Assembly: GCF_009914755.1 (NCBI RefSeq)
Contig: NC_060928.1
Length of the DNA: 64,000 nt
Reading direction: 5' to 3' (one strand)
DNA from: the human T2T-CHM13v2.0 reference genome, Homo sapiens
In this document: positions 12,665-28,064 of the stretch, in pieces
Layout of the letters: each line of letters begins with the position of its first letter
Position numbering within the stretch: the first letter of the stretch is position 1
Translations under genes and position numbers: made by a program
Notes under the pieces: generated by a model
Databases searched by the model: none
Seen by the model: only the letters and a program-made list of their open reading frames with translations
What the model was told of the DNA's origin: nothing

Positions 12665-12789
12665 AGAAGAAGAAGAAGAAAGAGAAGAATAAGAAGGAGA
12701 AGAAAGAGAAGAAGAAGAAAGAGAAGAAAGAGAAGAAGAAGGAGAAGAAAGAGAAGAAGAAGAGGAAAGAAGAAAGAAGAAGAAGAAGA
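12510..12789 (+). repeat. ~280-bp GAA/GAG polypurine tract; longest pure run (GAA)13 at 12642-12680
   Basis: Direct read; a single pyrimidine (aagaataag) within the tract. Confidence 0.97.
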
Positions 12790-14228
12790 CGAAACAACTT
12801 CCAGGCTGTCTTTCAAAGTGGCTGTACCATTCTGGATTCCTAACAGCAACAGGTGAGTGTACTTTTGCTCCACATCTCACTAGCGTTTGGAGTTTTCAGT
12901 GGTTTGGATTTATTCATTTTAAAGATGTGCAATGGTATCTTACCATTTTTTTAAAACTTGCATTTCCCTAATGATGGATGATGTTGAGCATCCTTTCAAA
13001 TGTTACTTGCCATCTCTTTGCCATCTTTGGTGATAATAGTGTGTTTAATAACCAGTTTTGTTTTGTTTTCTTCAAAGGATTTCTTAATCTCCTCAAAAGT
13101 TTGATACCTTGAATTTTAGGTTTTAAATTCTTTTACAAAACAGGTTTTTCTTAAAATATTGTAAGAATTAGTACTGAGTGAATAAATTTAAAAGCACATA
13201 TTTTCAAATATACATTGTTTTGTACTCTAGAATAAAATTGCTTTCTTCTACAATAAAACATAGAAATTCATGTTATAAAGACTTTCTGAAACAACATTGC
13301 ATACTGCCTTAAATTGAGTTTTAGTAATGATATAATCTAGTTGATTTTCCCATTGACTCGAAGACAAACAGTAGTTGGTTACCTCGAGTAACATAAAAAT
13401 TTTGTTGCCAAAACAGATTTCTGCCACACCATTCACTACTATGTTTAAAATATGTAACAAATAATGATACCAGTAAATTTTAACCATAGTTAATTTTCCA
13501 ATGTCCAAAAATTCCATAAAAAGCAATCACATAATTTTTGTGATATAATTAGTGGTTCATTGAAAAGTGAAATTAAATTATTTTCATGTAATATTGTCTC
13601 TGGAAATTATCAATGATAATAGTATAATTATGAATGGTAATAATCAATGGTAATAGTAATTTGTTTTGTAAGATAACCTGGAACATAATACTACCATTCT
13701 GGTAGAGCAAACTAGTTTAACCATTACTTGAAAATCTATGAAAGTTTGTTTTTGTTCTTGTTTTAAAAATACCTTTATATTAAATCACATACTAATATAA
13801 AAACGCAATTTCTTGTTTAAAAATATAATAGTTTATTGTTTATTCAAATATCAATTTTTTGATTAACAAGTTATGTTAATTTTTTGTTATAGTAGTGAGA
13901 TATACATCTATTCTATTTAAAACAAGACAAGACACTTTTTTTCAACTGCAGAAAATTTGTCCTAATAAATATACAAACCACCCATCTTTTAGATTAAGAA
14001 AATTAAAGGTAAATCAAAATAATGAAGATATCTCTTAGATATACAATACCCAACTTGCAAATTCTTACTCAGCAGCTGCGTTAATATTTAATTTAATTCC
14101 TATATATGTTAATTAAGCATGTATATCTTGTATCTTATATAAAAGAGAAAAGCTTGAGAAGAGTTTTTGTATTACAAAACAATTCTTGATATCACACCTT
14201 TCTTTTTCTCTTATATATTGCCATATGT

Positions 14229-14256
14229 CCATGGGTAAAACCATGGGTAAAACCAT
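14229..14256. repeat. 12-bp tandem duplication (ccatgggtaaaa)x2.3
   Basis: Direct read. Confidence 0.9.
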
Positions 14257-14509
14257 TTTCTTGGAAAACTTTTTAATGATTTTTCTTCATTTCTTTCTTT
14301 TATTCTTACCTTATTTTATTTTTTCTTTGCTGTAATTACTTGAAAGAAAATGAGGCAAGACCCATTTTTTTATAGATTTAATTCAAGGTTAAAAAAAACT
14401 ACTTCAAGTTCTACATATATTATAAGCACAACCCCAAAAGAATTATAAGACGTGTTTCTTTGTAACTTCATTAGTATTTTTTAAATTGTTTTTGGATTCT
14501 GTTGGTTTA

Positions 14510-14730
14510 AGTGTTTGATGTGGATTCAGGAAGACTTCAGCCTGTTTTTTAGTTCTACAACTTTCTCGCTAAGTGAACTTTGTTATTCAGTAATTCAAGC
14601 TCTTTGGTTTCATTTATTCCTGTATTTGTAAAAAAATAATAATACTGCCAATTTCACAAAGTGACTTGGGTTTTACACACACCCATTTTCTACAGCAGTG
14701 TCTGGTATTCAGCAAGTGCTCAATAAATTA
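14510..14730 (+). mobile_element. Degenerate MIR
   Basis: tggattcaggaagac...atttgtaaaaaaataataatactgcc...gcagtgtctggtattcagcaagtgctcaataaat. Confidence 0.65.
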
Positions 14731-15124
14731 ATTTTCTTCTTTTCTTCTTTTTGATAGTAATTTGTTCTCTCTCGGGCAGAGTTTCAACAGTAAGGAAAAG
14801 AGAAAAGTATTCAGCTTTTTACTTGCTGCTCAACAGTTTCAGGTCTGCTCAGGATGTGGATAAAAATATGCAATATATCTTCAGTTTCTTTTTTAATTTA
14901 GTTTTTTAGCAAAAATAGGTTTAGATGCTCAAAGACTGCAATGTTTTGAATTGCTCATTATAGAATATAAAGAACTAGTTAAAAACTTTAAAAAAACAGA
15001 TTCATACATAAAAATAAATTTAAATATATGATTATTGGTAAGAAATAGACATATTTGAAAGAAAGAAATGCCTAGAAATATATATATATATAGTTATTGT
15101 CTTTCAACTACATATGTTTCCCCT

Positions 15125-15567
15125 CAGTTTTACTAAGTTGTAATTGATAAATAAAAATTGCATACATTCAAGATGTATAGAATAATGTTTTGATATACTT
15201 ATCCATTGTGAAATTATTACTACAATCAAGCTAATTAACATATCCATTGCCTGACAGTTGGCATTTGTGTATGTGTGGTGAGAACATTTCAGACATACTG
15301 TCTTAGGAAATTTCAAGTATACAATACATAATTATTAAGTTAAGTCACCATACTGTACAGTAGATCTCCAGATTTTATTTATCTTGTAACTGAAAATTTG
15401 TACCTTCTAACCAAGATTCCACCATTCCCTGCCACTCCCAGCCCCTGGCAACCACTCTCTGTTTCTTTGAGTTTTACTTCTTTAGATTCCACATATAAAT
15501 GAGATTATACAATATTTATCTTTCTATGTCTGGCTTATTTCACTTAGCAAATGTCCTCCAGGTTCAG
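15125..15567 (-). mobile_element. L1MA8/L1MA9-like 3' end
   Basis: aattgataaataaaaattgcatacattcaag...caatcaagctaattaacatatcc...ggcttatttcacttagcaaatgtcctccaggttca. Confidence 0.85.
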
Positions 15568-16643
15568 TATTTTTAAATCAGATATATTTTCTCCAATGCT
15601 AAAGAAAATCTTTATTAAAGAAAGAAAGAAAAAAGGCATGCAGTCAGAAAAACTATTTTTCTGATCAAATATGCTGCAGAAATTTTCATTTTACATATCT
15701 AAATTTAGATTTTTTATGAATTTTTATACAAATTCATCTTCTTATAGTTGGGATGTTATTACAAAAGTTTGGATATCTTAAAAATCCCTAATGTTTTAGA
15801 GTTTCATATTTATTGACCTGAAACAAATATCTTTATTGATCATTTTGTTAAGATGGATTCCCTGTTACGTCTCCCTGCTCCCCAACAGCACCAACTGTTT
15901 CTGTAACAAAACATATACTGAGACTAGTGCTGTATATTGATGTCAGGATCTCTAGAAGCTAACCTTACCAACTACTTGAAGCATATTATATAGTGAGACA
16001 GATTTTTCTTTATGATTCCAACCTCCATTTGAATATTTTTTAACCATCCTCCAATCTGAAAGAAAAGGTAGAATTACTTGACCTTGATGATGCTGACTTA
16101 GAGAACATTGTGTAAACTATTTTCTTTGTTGCTAGTCTAATACAATCACTCAGCCTAAGAAAAATAGATACTGAGTAAGTACTGCACCTTGGGAAAAGTC
16201 ATCACTTTGAAATTTTAAGCTGCAAGCAGGAGAGCAAAGGCAGGTTATGCAGTTTCTCTGAATTATCTATTTCCAGGGTTATAGGAAGCAAGTAATGAGG
16301 AAAATAACATCACCTTATTTCAAGTCTCCTTTTCTCTGATTTTAATTTAGAAGAAATGGATAACTTTTAAAATAAGGAGAGGTGCAGGAATCCATACTGT
16401 AAAAATGTTCATACTGGGTCAACTTTACTGTAAGAGCTGAACTTTCTGAATTTGGTTCTTCTTCTTTCTGAATTTGGTTGTGGACAGCTATCATAACCAG
16501 TTGCAGAGTTAATTCAGTTAGGAGAAAAGGTATTTATACTATAAATATTGTGGAATGTTGTTGCAACATGTAAGTGTGCATGTATGTGTGTATATATGTG
16601 TGTATGCATATGTGTGTGTGCGTGTGTGTATCACTTATGTAAC

Positions 16644-18388
16644 CAGGGCTGGCTAAATATTATACAGGGCCCAGTTCAAAATCAGGGGGAAAAAAGTACT
16701 AAAATATAAGCCTTTTCCTTTAGAGATACTTTATTACTTATGTAATAAGAGCAATAGCAACACATGAGCAATGAAATAAAATTATATATTGTGAAAAATA
16801 CTATTTTTGTGTCAGAATTTTATGTAGTACAATAAACAAAATAATTTATTAACATGATAACTTCAGTAATCATAAGAGTTTCCTGGTTTGCTTATCTCAA
16901 AATGCATTTATTAGGTCATACACACTTATACTTTGAGCAACTTTATTTTTTTATTTTTTGTGAGAGAATATCGCTCTGTTGCCCGGACTGGAGTGCAGTG
17001 GCGTGATCCAGGCTCACTGCAGTCTCGACTCCTGGGTGCAAACGATCCTCCCAACTCAGGGTCCCAAGTAACTGGGACTACAGGTGCATGCCACCATGGC
17101 TGCTAATTTTTGTATTTTTTGTAGAGACAGGGTTTTGTCATGTTGCCTAGGCTGGTATGGAACTGCTGAGCTCAAACAATCCTCCTGTTTCAGCCTCCCA
17201 AAGTGCTCGGATACAGGCGTGAGCCTCCGAGCCTGGCCAAGCAGCTTTATTTTTAATCAATGTAATTGGAAATGCCATCATGAGCTCTTGGTAAATGCAA
17301 ATCACAAATAATTTTTGACAATTTTTAATTTTGAAAAAGAACTCTGCTGTTGTCACTGTTACTGTAGCTGTTAAGAGTGTTTGCATTCTTCATTAAATTC
17401 AAATTTAATAATTTGATATTATTTCAAAATATAAATTTTATCACATCTTGAGCTGACGATTCTCACAGAATAATTTTTCTAAAAAGATTTAACTCTTTCT
17501 ACAAATTAGTTTCATGCAATTCTGAATTCAATTTATATAATGGCCTTTTAATATTTCCTCTGACATTTCTTATAACTATTGGAGGTTGTACAGGACATCA
17601 AAAGTGGCTTTGTGATTTATATATAATTCAAAATGCCTTGGTAGTCATCCTATTGCTGTATGTTTAATTGAAAAAAATTAATTTTGAAATTATTTTCCTC
17701 ATAAATAATTAGTTCATTTGAAGTTTCATATGAAAATAGTACTCTTTTTCATCTTATATGATGATCTTTAAACTTAATTCTTATTTTGAAGCCTTTCAAT
17801 ATTGCTTTGCAATGTTGCAATTTTCAAAACGAGAGACTGTAAGTGCTTTTTAAAATTCTTTAACCCTTTAATATATGTTTTTGCAATGTCCATATTAAGC
17901 TTTTATTTTGTAATAGTTTGTTGAACATTTACTGCCTGAGCATTGGAAGTTACTGTGCTTTTGATGAGATTGGAGTGTTAATATTTGTGCAGAAGCTGCA
18001 AGGACAGGGCTTAAGGAAAGATGGGGAAATCAGCACTAGGTTTCAGCACTTCCCTGGGCAGTGCCTCTCTATTTTTGCTTGATGGCTACAGCTGCTGCTT
18101 CTTCTGCTACTGCCATCATTGCTAACACCAATCTGGGCCCAGGTCTTGATGTGGCATCCTTAGGGCCTTATCATTACCCAACTGCACTAAGCATACACTT
18201 GCATGATGAACAATCAGGGTAATTGCTCAGCACATGCCCTACCATCTGATGAAATGTCACATGCAAGATCTATTGTCCTATTGCAGTTCACTTGCAAAAC
18301 AAGTTCCAAGACAAAATTATTTTAAAATTTCAAGGTAGCAACAGTAGAACATTAAACCAAGAATGAGACCCTTTTAATAATAGAGCCT
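16644..18388 (-). mobile_element. hAT-Tip100 DNA transposon (MER45/MER45R-like) with a transposase remnant
   Basis: Left end cagggctggc matches the MER45 TIR. 18310-18388 matches the reverse complement of the MER45 subterminal text (aatttcaaggtagcaacagtagaacattaaaccaag). The minus strand at ~17290-17390 reads LLTATVTVTTAE / [12 protein letters not shown] (frameshifted), the hAT dimerisation motif. Confidence 0.82.
16951..17238 (-). mobile_element. AluJ inserted in the hAT element
   Basis: AluJ-type text (gctcactgcagtctcgactcctggg; ctcaaacaatcctcc); TSD agcaactttattttt 16936-16950 / agcagctttattttt 17240-17254. Confidence 0.93.
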
Positions 18389-18389
18389 T

Positions 18390-19055
18390 ACTCCATCATC
18401 AGAAATATCAGAAATAGTTAATACTCAATTCTTTCTCCTGCCCCTTGAGTATGAGCTGGTTTTAGTGACTTACTTCAAAATAATAGAATATGGAAGGGGA
18501 GGAATAATAATAAGTTTATAGTGGATAATCCTGGAAAATACTACCTTGACCACAACAGTGATAAGTCATGCTTACAGTATGTATCTTTGCTATAATGTGA
18601 TTAAAATTACACATTATCTCTGTGGTCTTCTTTCTGCAAACATATAGCTCAATTTAATCACAAAAAATAAGAAAACCCAAATCAGGTATTCTAACAAATA
18701 CCTAATCAACATTCCTCAATCTATCACTGTCTTGATAAACAGGGAAAGATTCAGAAAATATTGTAGACCAGAGGACACTGGGGAAACATGCAAACTAAGT
18801 GCAGTTTGGCACCCTGGACTGGACTCTGGAACAGAAAAAGGTCATTAATGAGAAAAACGTTAAAACCCAAATAAAGTCTGGAGTTTAGATAGCAGTAACT
18901 TATCAATGCTAGTTTCTTAGTTTTTTTCAAATGTTCCATGATAATGTAATATATTGACAACAGAGGAAACTGAGCAAAGAATATGCAGGGATTATATACA
19001 ATCTTTATAACTTTTTAAAAATTAAACTTATTCCGAAATAAAAAGGATATTAAAT
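18390..19055 (+). mobile_element. L1MC3/L1MC4-like 3' end
   Basis: ccccttgagtatgagctgg...gtgacttacttc...ccctggactggactctggaacagaaaaaggtcattaatg...ccgaaataaaaagg. Confidence 0.8.
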
Positions 19056-22000
19056 AGCTTTATGTGCACCAAAGAGGTTTTGTTTATGTGCATTGTATGT
19101 ATTGAGAATTTTTGGGGGATGGACAAGACAGCCAACTAGAAACAGCTAGTGTGCCTGGTTCTTATGGAGAGGAAAAAAAAGGTGTGAGTAAATACAGCAC
19201 CTTTAACTGAAACATCCAGGTACTTGTCTTGGGACTAATCAAAGAAACAACTTGACCTATGGAAAATGAAGAAAAATAAGACAGGACAACAGCCCTCCTG
19301 GGTGTGACATGGAGCCAGGGGAACCTCCTCCACCCAGGGAAGTGGTAAGTGAATGTGCAAAGCTGGGAACTCATGCTTCTCTCATAGACTTTTGCAATTC
19401 TTCGGTCAGGCAATCGCTTTGTGAACCCACTCCACCACGGCCTTCACTCTAACAGAAAGAGCTGTGTGGTATCTCTGCAGAGCAGCCACTCAGGCACTTG
19501 TGGAATCCCAGGAACCTTAGGTACTCAGGCTTTCTGGCCAAAGTAACTGTAACTCTGGCAAAGTGGTAGGTTAGACCCCTGTACATACCTCTAGGAAAGA
19601 GGATAAATCCAGGGGGCTGAGCAGTGACAGCCTGCCTGTCCTACTTTCATGGCACCTTGCAGGATAAGGCTCACTGGCTTGGAATTCCAGCCAGCCACCC
19701 ACAGTAGTGCTATTTCACCTCCCTGAGATGAAGGGGTAGGTGGGTTCTTGGGAGGTGGGCTAAGCCACCATCTTTACTCTTTGGGCAACTTTGCAGCTGC
19801 AGCTTTTAGGTTTTGGAGATTTTAAGCTGACTGGGGGCCGAGGGGATCCCCCAGCACAGCATAGCTGCTCTATCCAAATGTGGCCATGCTGTTTTTTTAA
19901 GTGGGTCCCAATCCCATACCGCCTCACTGAGCAGGACCTCACAACCAGGGTCTCAAACCACCTCCTACAGGTGTTTTTGGGCTAGTAAGAGGTTTGTACC
20001 TCTCTGGGATAAAGCTCCCAGGTGTTCATCTTTGCTGTTTTGCAGCATTCACTGGTGATACCTCCAAGTACTGGAAAATCTAAGGTGACTAGAAACTGGA
20101 GCAGGCCCCAAGAATACTACACCAGCCCTACAAAAACTGGCCAGTCTGTTACATGGGTGCCTGTTCTTATATCTACTCACTGGGCAGGTCCTCCAGGCCT
20201 GGGCATCCAGCCACCCCTTGCCAGAGCTGTCGAGCCAGTAGCAACTTGACAACTCCCTGGACAGAGCCTCTAGGGGCAACTGAAAGCCTTTCTGCCATTG
20301 CCTCTGCAGTGAAACTCCCCTTGCTGCTCTCAGACTAACAAAGGAACAAAGACCCTAAGTGCCTTATTTGTATGTCCAGCAAGCTTCAGTAAACCAAAAG
20401 GGAGGAGGCCAGTCCAGTTTCCATGGGTCCCACCTCCCCCACCCACTGCTCATCACAAAACAGGGAACACCTGGCTTGGGCCCACAACACAGACCCTCCA
20501 TCCTGGGCTGATTGCACTGAGCAATTGCTGAACTGCATCTATCTGGGGTGGAGCCCCCAGGAGACTAGCAAATGTCCATTGGCCACAACTACTACTGAGG
20601 TCCCTCCCTCTGCTGCCTCCAAGCTGAGGAAGAAACATAAACACTGAAATCACCCCAGAGCTGCAGTGGGCAGCTCAGGAGTGCCAAGCTGTGAGCTACA
20701 TTCAGCACTCAAGAGAAGAACCCACACTTTCAGAGCATTGAGAGGGAAAGCAACTGCAACTGTGAGGAAACTATAACTGTGAGGAAACAAGGGAACCACA
20801 TGATGAAGCAAGAGTCTACCAACTGACCAATAAGCCTAAGTGTCACCTGGTATATCAAACCCCAAAGCTTTAACATAAAAAATACCCCACTAACATATCC
20901 CCCTCTAAAACCAGAGACAAGAAGACAGCTGCAAATAAAGACCCTGCAGAAAGTCCCAGCACAGTAAAAGCATTCATAAAAGAAGTCTATTGACTGTACT
21001 CAGTCTACACGGAAGTAAAAGGAACACCCTCACACAGAGTTGAGAAAGAACCAACACAAGAACTCCAGTAACTCAAATGGCCAGAGTGTTGTATGTCCTC
21101 TAAATGACTGTACCAATTCTCCAACAAGTGTTCTTAACCAGGCTGTACTGTCTAGAATGACAAAAATAGAATTTAGAATTCAGGAACAAAGATCACCAAG
21201 ATTCAGGAGATGGCAAAACCCAATCCAAGGAAAATAAGGATCCAATAAAGCTATACAGGAGCTGAAGGATGAAATAGCTTGTATGAAAAAGAACCTAAAG
21301 TGTCTGACAATGCTAAATAACACAATATAAGAATTTCACAATGCAATCACAATTATTAACAGCAGAAAAAAAACCAAGCTTAGGAAAGGATCTGAAAAAT
21401 TGAACACTGGCTGCTGAAATAAGACAGTCAGACAAAAAAAAATATAATAAAATAAAAAGGAATGGGAATGAAAAAAACCTCTGAGAATGGGATTATGTAA
21501 AGAGGCCAAATCTATAAATCACTGGGATTCCTAAAAGGCAGAGGGAGAAAGCAAACAACATGGACAACATATTTCAGGATGTTATAAGAAAACTTCCCCA
21601 ACCTTGCTAGAGTGGCCAACAGTCAAATTCAGGAAATACAGAAAACTCCTGCAAGATTCTACACAAGAGGACCATCCCCAAGACACGTAATTGTCAGACT
21701 TTCTAAGGGCAAAATACAATAAAAAATGCTAAAGGCAGCTAGAGAGAAAGGACAGTTCACCTACAAAGAGGACCCCATAAGGTTAACAGTGAATCTCTCA
21801 GCTGAAACCCTACAAGCCAGAAGAGACTGGGAGCTTATATTCAGTATACTTAAAGAAAATAATTTCCAACCAAGAATTTCACATCCAGACAAACTAACCT
21901 TCCTAAGTGAAGTAGAAATAAGATCCTTTTCAGATAAGCAAATGTTGAAGAAATTCATTACCTTCAGATCTGCCTTACAAAAGACAGTTAAACATACAGA

Positions 22001-25000
22001 ACAGTGTCACTGGAAAGCAATCACACAAACAAGTCAACATAGTAACCAGCTAACAGCACAATGATGGTATCAAATCTATACATATCAATACTAACCTTGA
22101 ATGTAAAAGGGCAAAATACCCCACTTAAAAGGCACATAGTGGCAAGCTGGATAAAAAAGCAACATCCAATGATATGATGTCTTCAAGACACCCATATCAC
22201 ATGTAATGACACTCATAGGCTCAAAATAAAGGGATGCCAGAAAATCCACTAAGCAAATGGAAAACAGGAAAAAGCAGGGGTTGCAATCCTAATTTCAGAC
22301 AAAAGAGATTTCAAACCAACAAAAATCAAAAAAGACAAAGAAGGGCATTATGTTCTAGTCTAATGAGTTCAATTCAACAATAAGACCTAGCTATCCTAAA
22401 TATATATGCAGCCAACACAGGAGCATCCAGATTCATAAAGAAAGTTCTTAGAGACTTGCAAAGAGACATCAACTCTCACACAATAATAGTGGGAGATGTC
22501 AACACTCTACTGACACTATTAGACAATCATTGAGGTAGAAAATTAACAAAGAATTTTCAGGACCTGAACTCAACATTGAACCAATGGATCTGACTGAACT
22601 TTACAGAACTCTCCACCCCAAAACAACAGAATATACACTTTTCTCAATGCCACATGGTACATACTCTAAAATTGACCACATAATCGACCACAATCCTCAA
22701 CAAATGTGTAAGAACCGAAATCATACCAAACACACTCTTGGACTACAGCACAATAAAAATGGAAGCCAAGACTGACAATTACTGAAAACCATACAATTAC
22801 ATGGAAACTGAACAATATGCTCCCGAATGACTTTTGGGTAAATAATAAAATTAAGGCAGAATTCAAGAAGTTCTTTGAAAATAATGAGAACAACGATACA
22901 ACATACTGGAATCTCTGGGACACAGCTAAAGCAGTATGAAGATGAAAATTTATAGCACTAAATGCCCACAGCAAAACATTAGAATATCTCAAATTAACAT
23001 CCAAACTTCACAAGTGAAAGAATTAAATAATCAAGAACAAATGAACCCCAAAGCTGGCAGAAGACAAGAAATAACAAAAATCAGAGCTGAACTGAATGAG
23101 ATCAAGACATGAAAATCATTCAAAAGATCAAAGAATCCAGGAGCTTTTTTTTGAAAAAAAAAATAATAAATTAGGCCACTAGTTAGACTAATAAAGTAGA
23201 AAAGAGAGAAGACCCAAAAAACACAATGAGAAATGACAAAGGAATTGTTCCTACTTACCCCACAGAAATAAAAACAAACATCAGAAACTACTATAAGCAC
23301 TTCTATACTCTCAAACTAGAAAGCCTAGAAGAGATGGATAAATTCCTGCACATATACATCCTCCCAAGACTGAGCCAGGAAGAAATTTATTTCCTGAACA
23401 GACCAATAACAAGTTTCAAAATTGAATCAGCAATAAATAACCTACCAACCGAAAAATGCTTGGGACCTGATGGATTCACAGCCAAATTCTATCAGATGTA
23501 CAAAGTAGAGTGGGTAGCATTCCTACTGCAACTATTCCAGAAAGTAGAGGAGAAGGGATGCCTCCCCAACTCATTCTCTGAGGTTGGAATCATCTTGATA
23601 CCAAAAACCTGGCAGAGACACATCAAATAAGAAAACTTCAAGCCAATAACTTTGATAAAAATTGAAGCAAAAATTCTCAATAAAATACTTGCAAACCAAA
23701 TTTAGCAGCACATCAAAAAGCTAATCCACCATGATCAAGTAGGCTTCATCCTGGGATGCAAAGTTGATTCAACATATGCATATCATTTATGCAAATAAAT
23801 AAATGTTTTATTACACAAACAGAACTAAAGACAAAAATACATGATTATCTTAATAGATGCAGAAAAATCTTTTGATGAAATTCTATACTGTTTCATGTTT
23901 AAAATTCTCAATAAAGTAAGTTGAAGGAACATACCTCAGGATAATAAGAGCCATCTACAGCAAACTCACAGCCAACATTATACTGAATGAGCAGGAGCTG
24001 GAAGCATTCCCCTTGAAAACTGGCAGAAGATAAGACTGCCCACTCTCACTACTTGTATTCAACATAGTATTGGAAATCCTAGCCAGTGCAATTAGACAAG
24101 AGAAAGAAATAAAGGGCATCCAGATAAGAAGAGAGAAAGTCAAATGATTTCTGTTTGCAGATGACATGATTCTATACCTAGAAAAACCCACAGACTCCAT
24201 CCAAAAGCTACTTCAGCTGATAAACAACTTCAGCAAAGTTGCAGGATACAAAATCAATGTACAAAATTACTACCATTCCTATATGCCAAAAACAGCAAAA
24301 TCAAGAGCCAAGTCAGAAAGGCAATCCTATTCAAAATTGCCACAAAAAGGATAAAATGCCTAGAAATACCTAGAAAGATCTCTACAATGAGAATAACAAA
24401 ACACTGCTCAAATAAATCAGAGAAGACACAAACAAATGGAAAAACATCTAATGCTCATGGATAGGAAAAGTCAATATCATTAAAATGACTAGACTGCCCA
24501 AAGCAGTTTACAGATTCAATGCCATTATTATCAAACTACCAATTACATTGTTCACAGAACTAGAAAATGTATTTTAAAATTCATCAAACAAAAGAACTCA
24601 AATAGTCAAGGCAATCCTAAACAAGAAGAACAAAGCTAGAAGCATTATATTACTCAACTTCAAACTATACTACAAGGCTATAGTAACCAAAACAGCATGG
24701 TATGGTACAAAAACAAGCACATAGACCAACAGAGTAGAATAGAAAGCCCCAAAATAAGGTCACACATCTACAACCATCTGATTTTCAAGAAAGTTGACAA
24801 AAGCAATGGGGAAAGGACTTTCTATCCACTAAATGGTTTTGGGATAACGAGTTAGCCATGTGCAGAAGATTTAAGCTGAACCTCTTTCTTAGACCATACA
24901 CAAAAATCAACTCAAGATAGATTACAGAGTTAAATGTAAAATCCCAAACTATAAACACTCCTGAAGACAAACTAGGCAATACAGTCCTGGACATAGCAAA

Positions 25001-25508
25001 AGGGAAAGATTTTATGACAAAGACACTAAAAGCAATAGCAGCAAAAGCAAACATTGATAGGTGGAATCAAATTAAATTTAAGAGTTTCTGCACAGCAGAA
25101 GAAACTATCAACAGAGTAAACAGTCAACCTATAAAATAGGAGAAAATTTTTGCAAACTGTACATTTGACAAAGATCTAATATTCAGCATCTATGAGGAAC
25201 TTAAACAAATTTACTAGAGAAAAACAGCCCCATTAAAAAGTGGGCAAAGGACATGAACAGACACTTTTCAAAAGAAGACATACATGCAGCCAACAACCAC
25301 ATTAAAAAAAGCTCAACATCACCTATCATTAGAAAAATGCAAATCAAAACCACACTGAGATGCCACCTCACACCAGTCAGAATGTCTATATTAAAAAGTA
25401 AAAAATAACAAATAACAACCTGGTGAGGTTGAAGAGAAAGGGGAACACTTATACTCTGTTGATGGGAGTGCAAATTAGTTCAACCATTGTGGAAAATGGT
25501 ATGGCAAT

Positions 25509-28064
<2,556 letters not shown>

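Larger units (their letters stand above)
10440..13035 (-). mobile_element. L1MC/L1MD-like 3' region, split by an Alu and an L1PA (pieces ~10440-10670, 11004-11510, 12791-13035)
   Basis: aatagacttcatttttaggtttataagaaaatggagcagaaagtacagag...; host text joins across the L1PA as gctttgtaaga|aacttccaggctgtctttcaaagtggctgtacc. Confidence 0.8.

Noticed and set aside
12408-12880. Five overlapping 129-148 aa ORFs of poly-K/E, poly-R, poly-S, poly-F and poly-L
   Set aside because: They are translations of the stop-free GAA/GAG repeat, not genes.
13035-14500. Long, very AT-rich unassigned stretch (also 9330-10430 and 59200-61300)
   Set aside because: No ORF, splice pair, RNA fold or repeat that I can support from sequence alone; conservation data would be needed.
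16442-16479. 16-bp direct repeat ctttctgaatttggtt (period 22)
   Set aside because: An ordinary slippage duplication with no associated structure.
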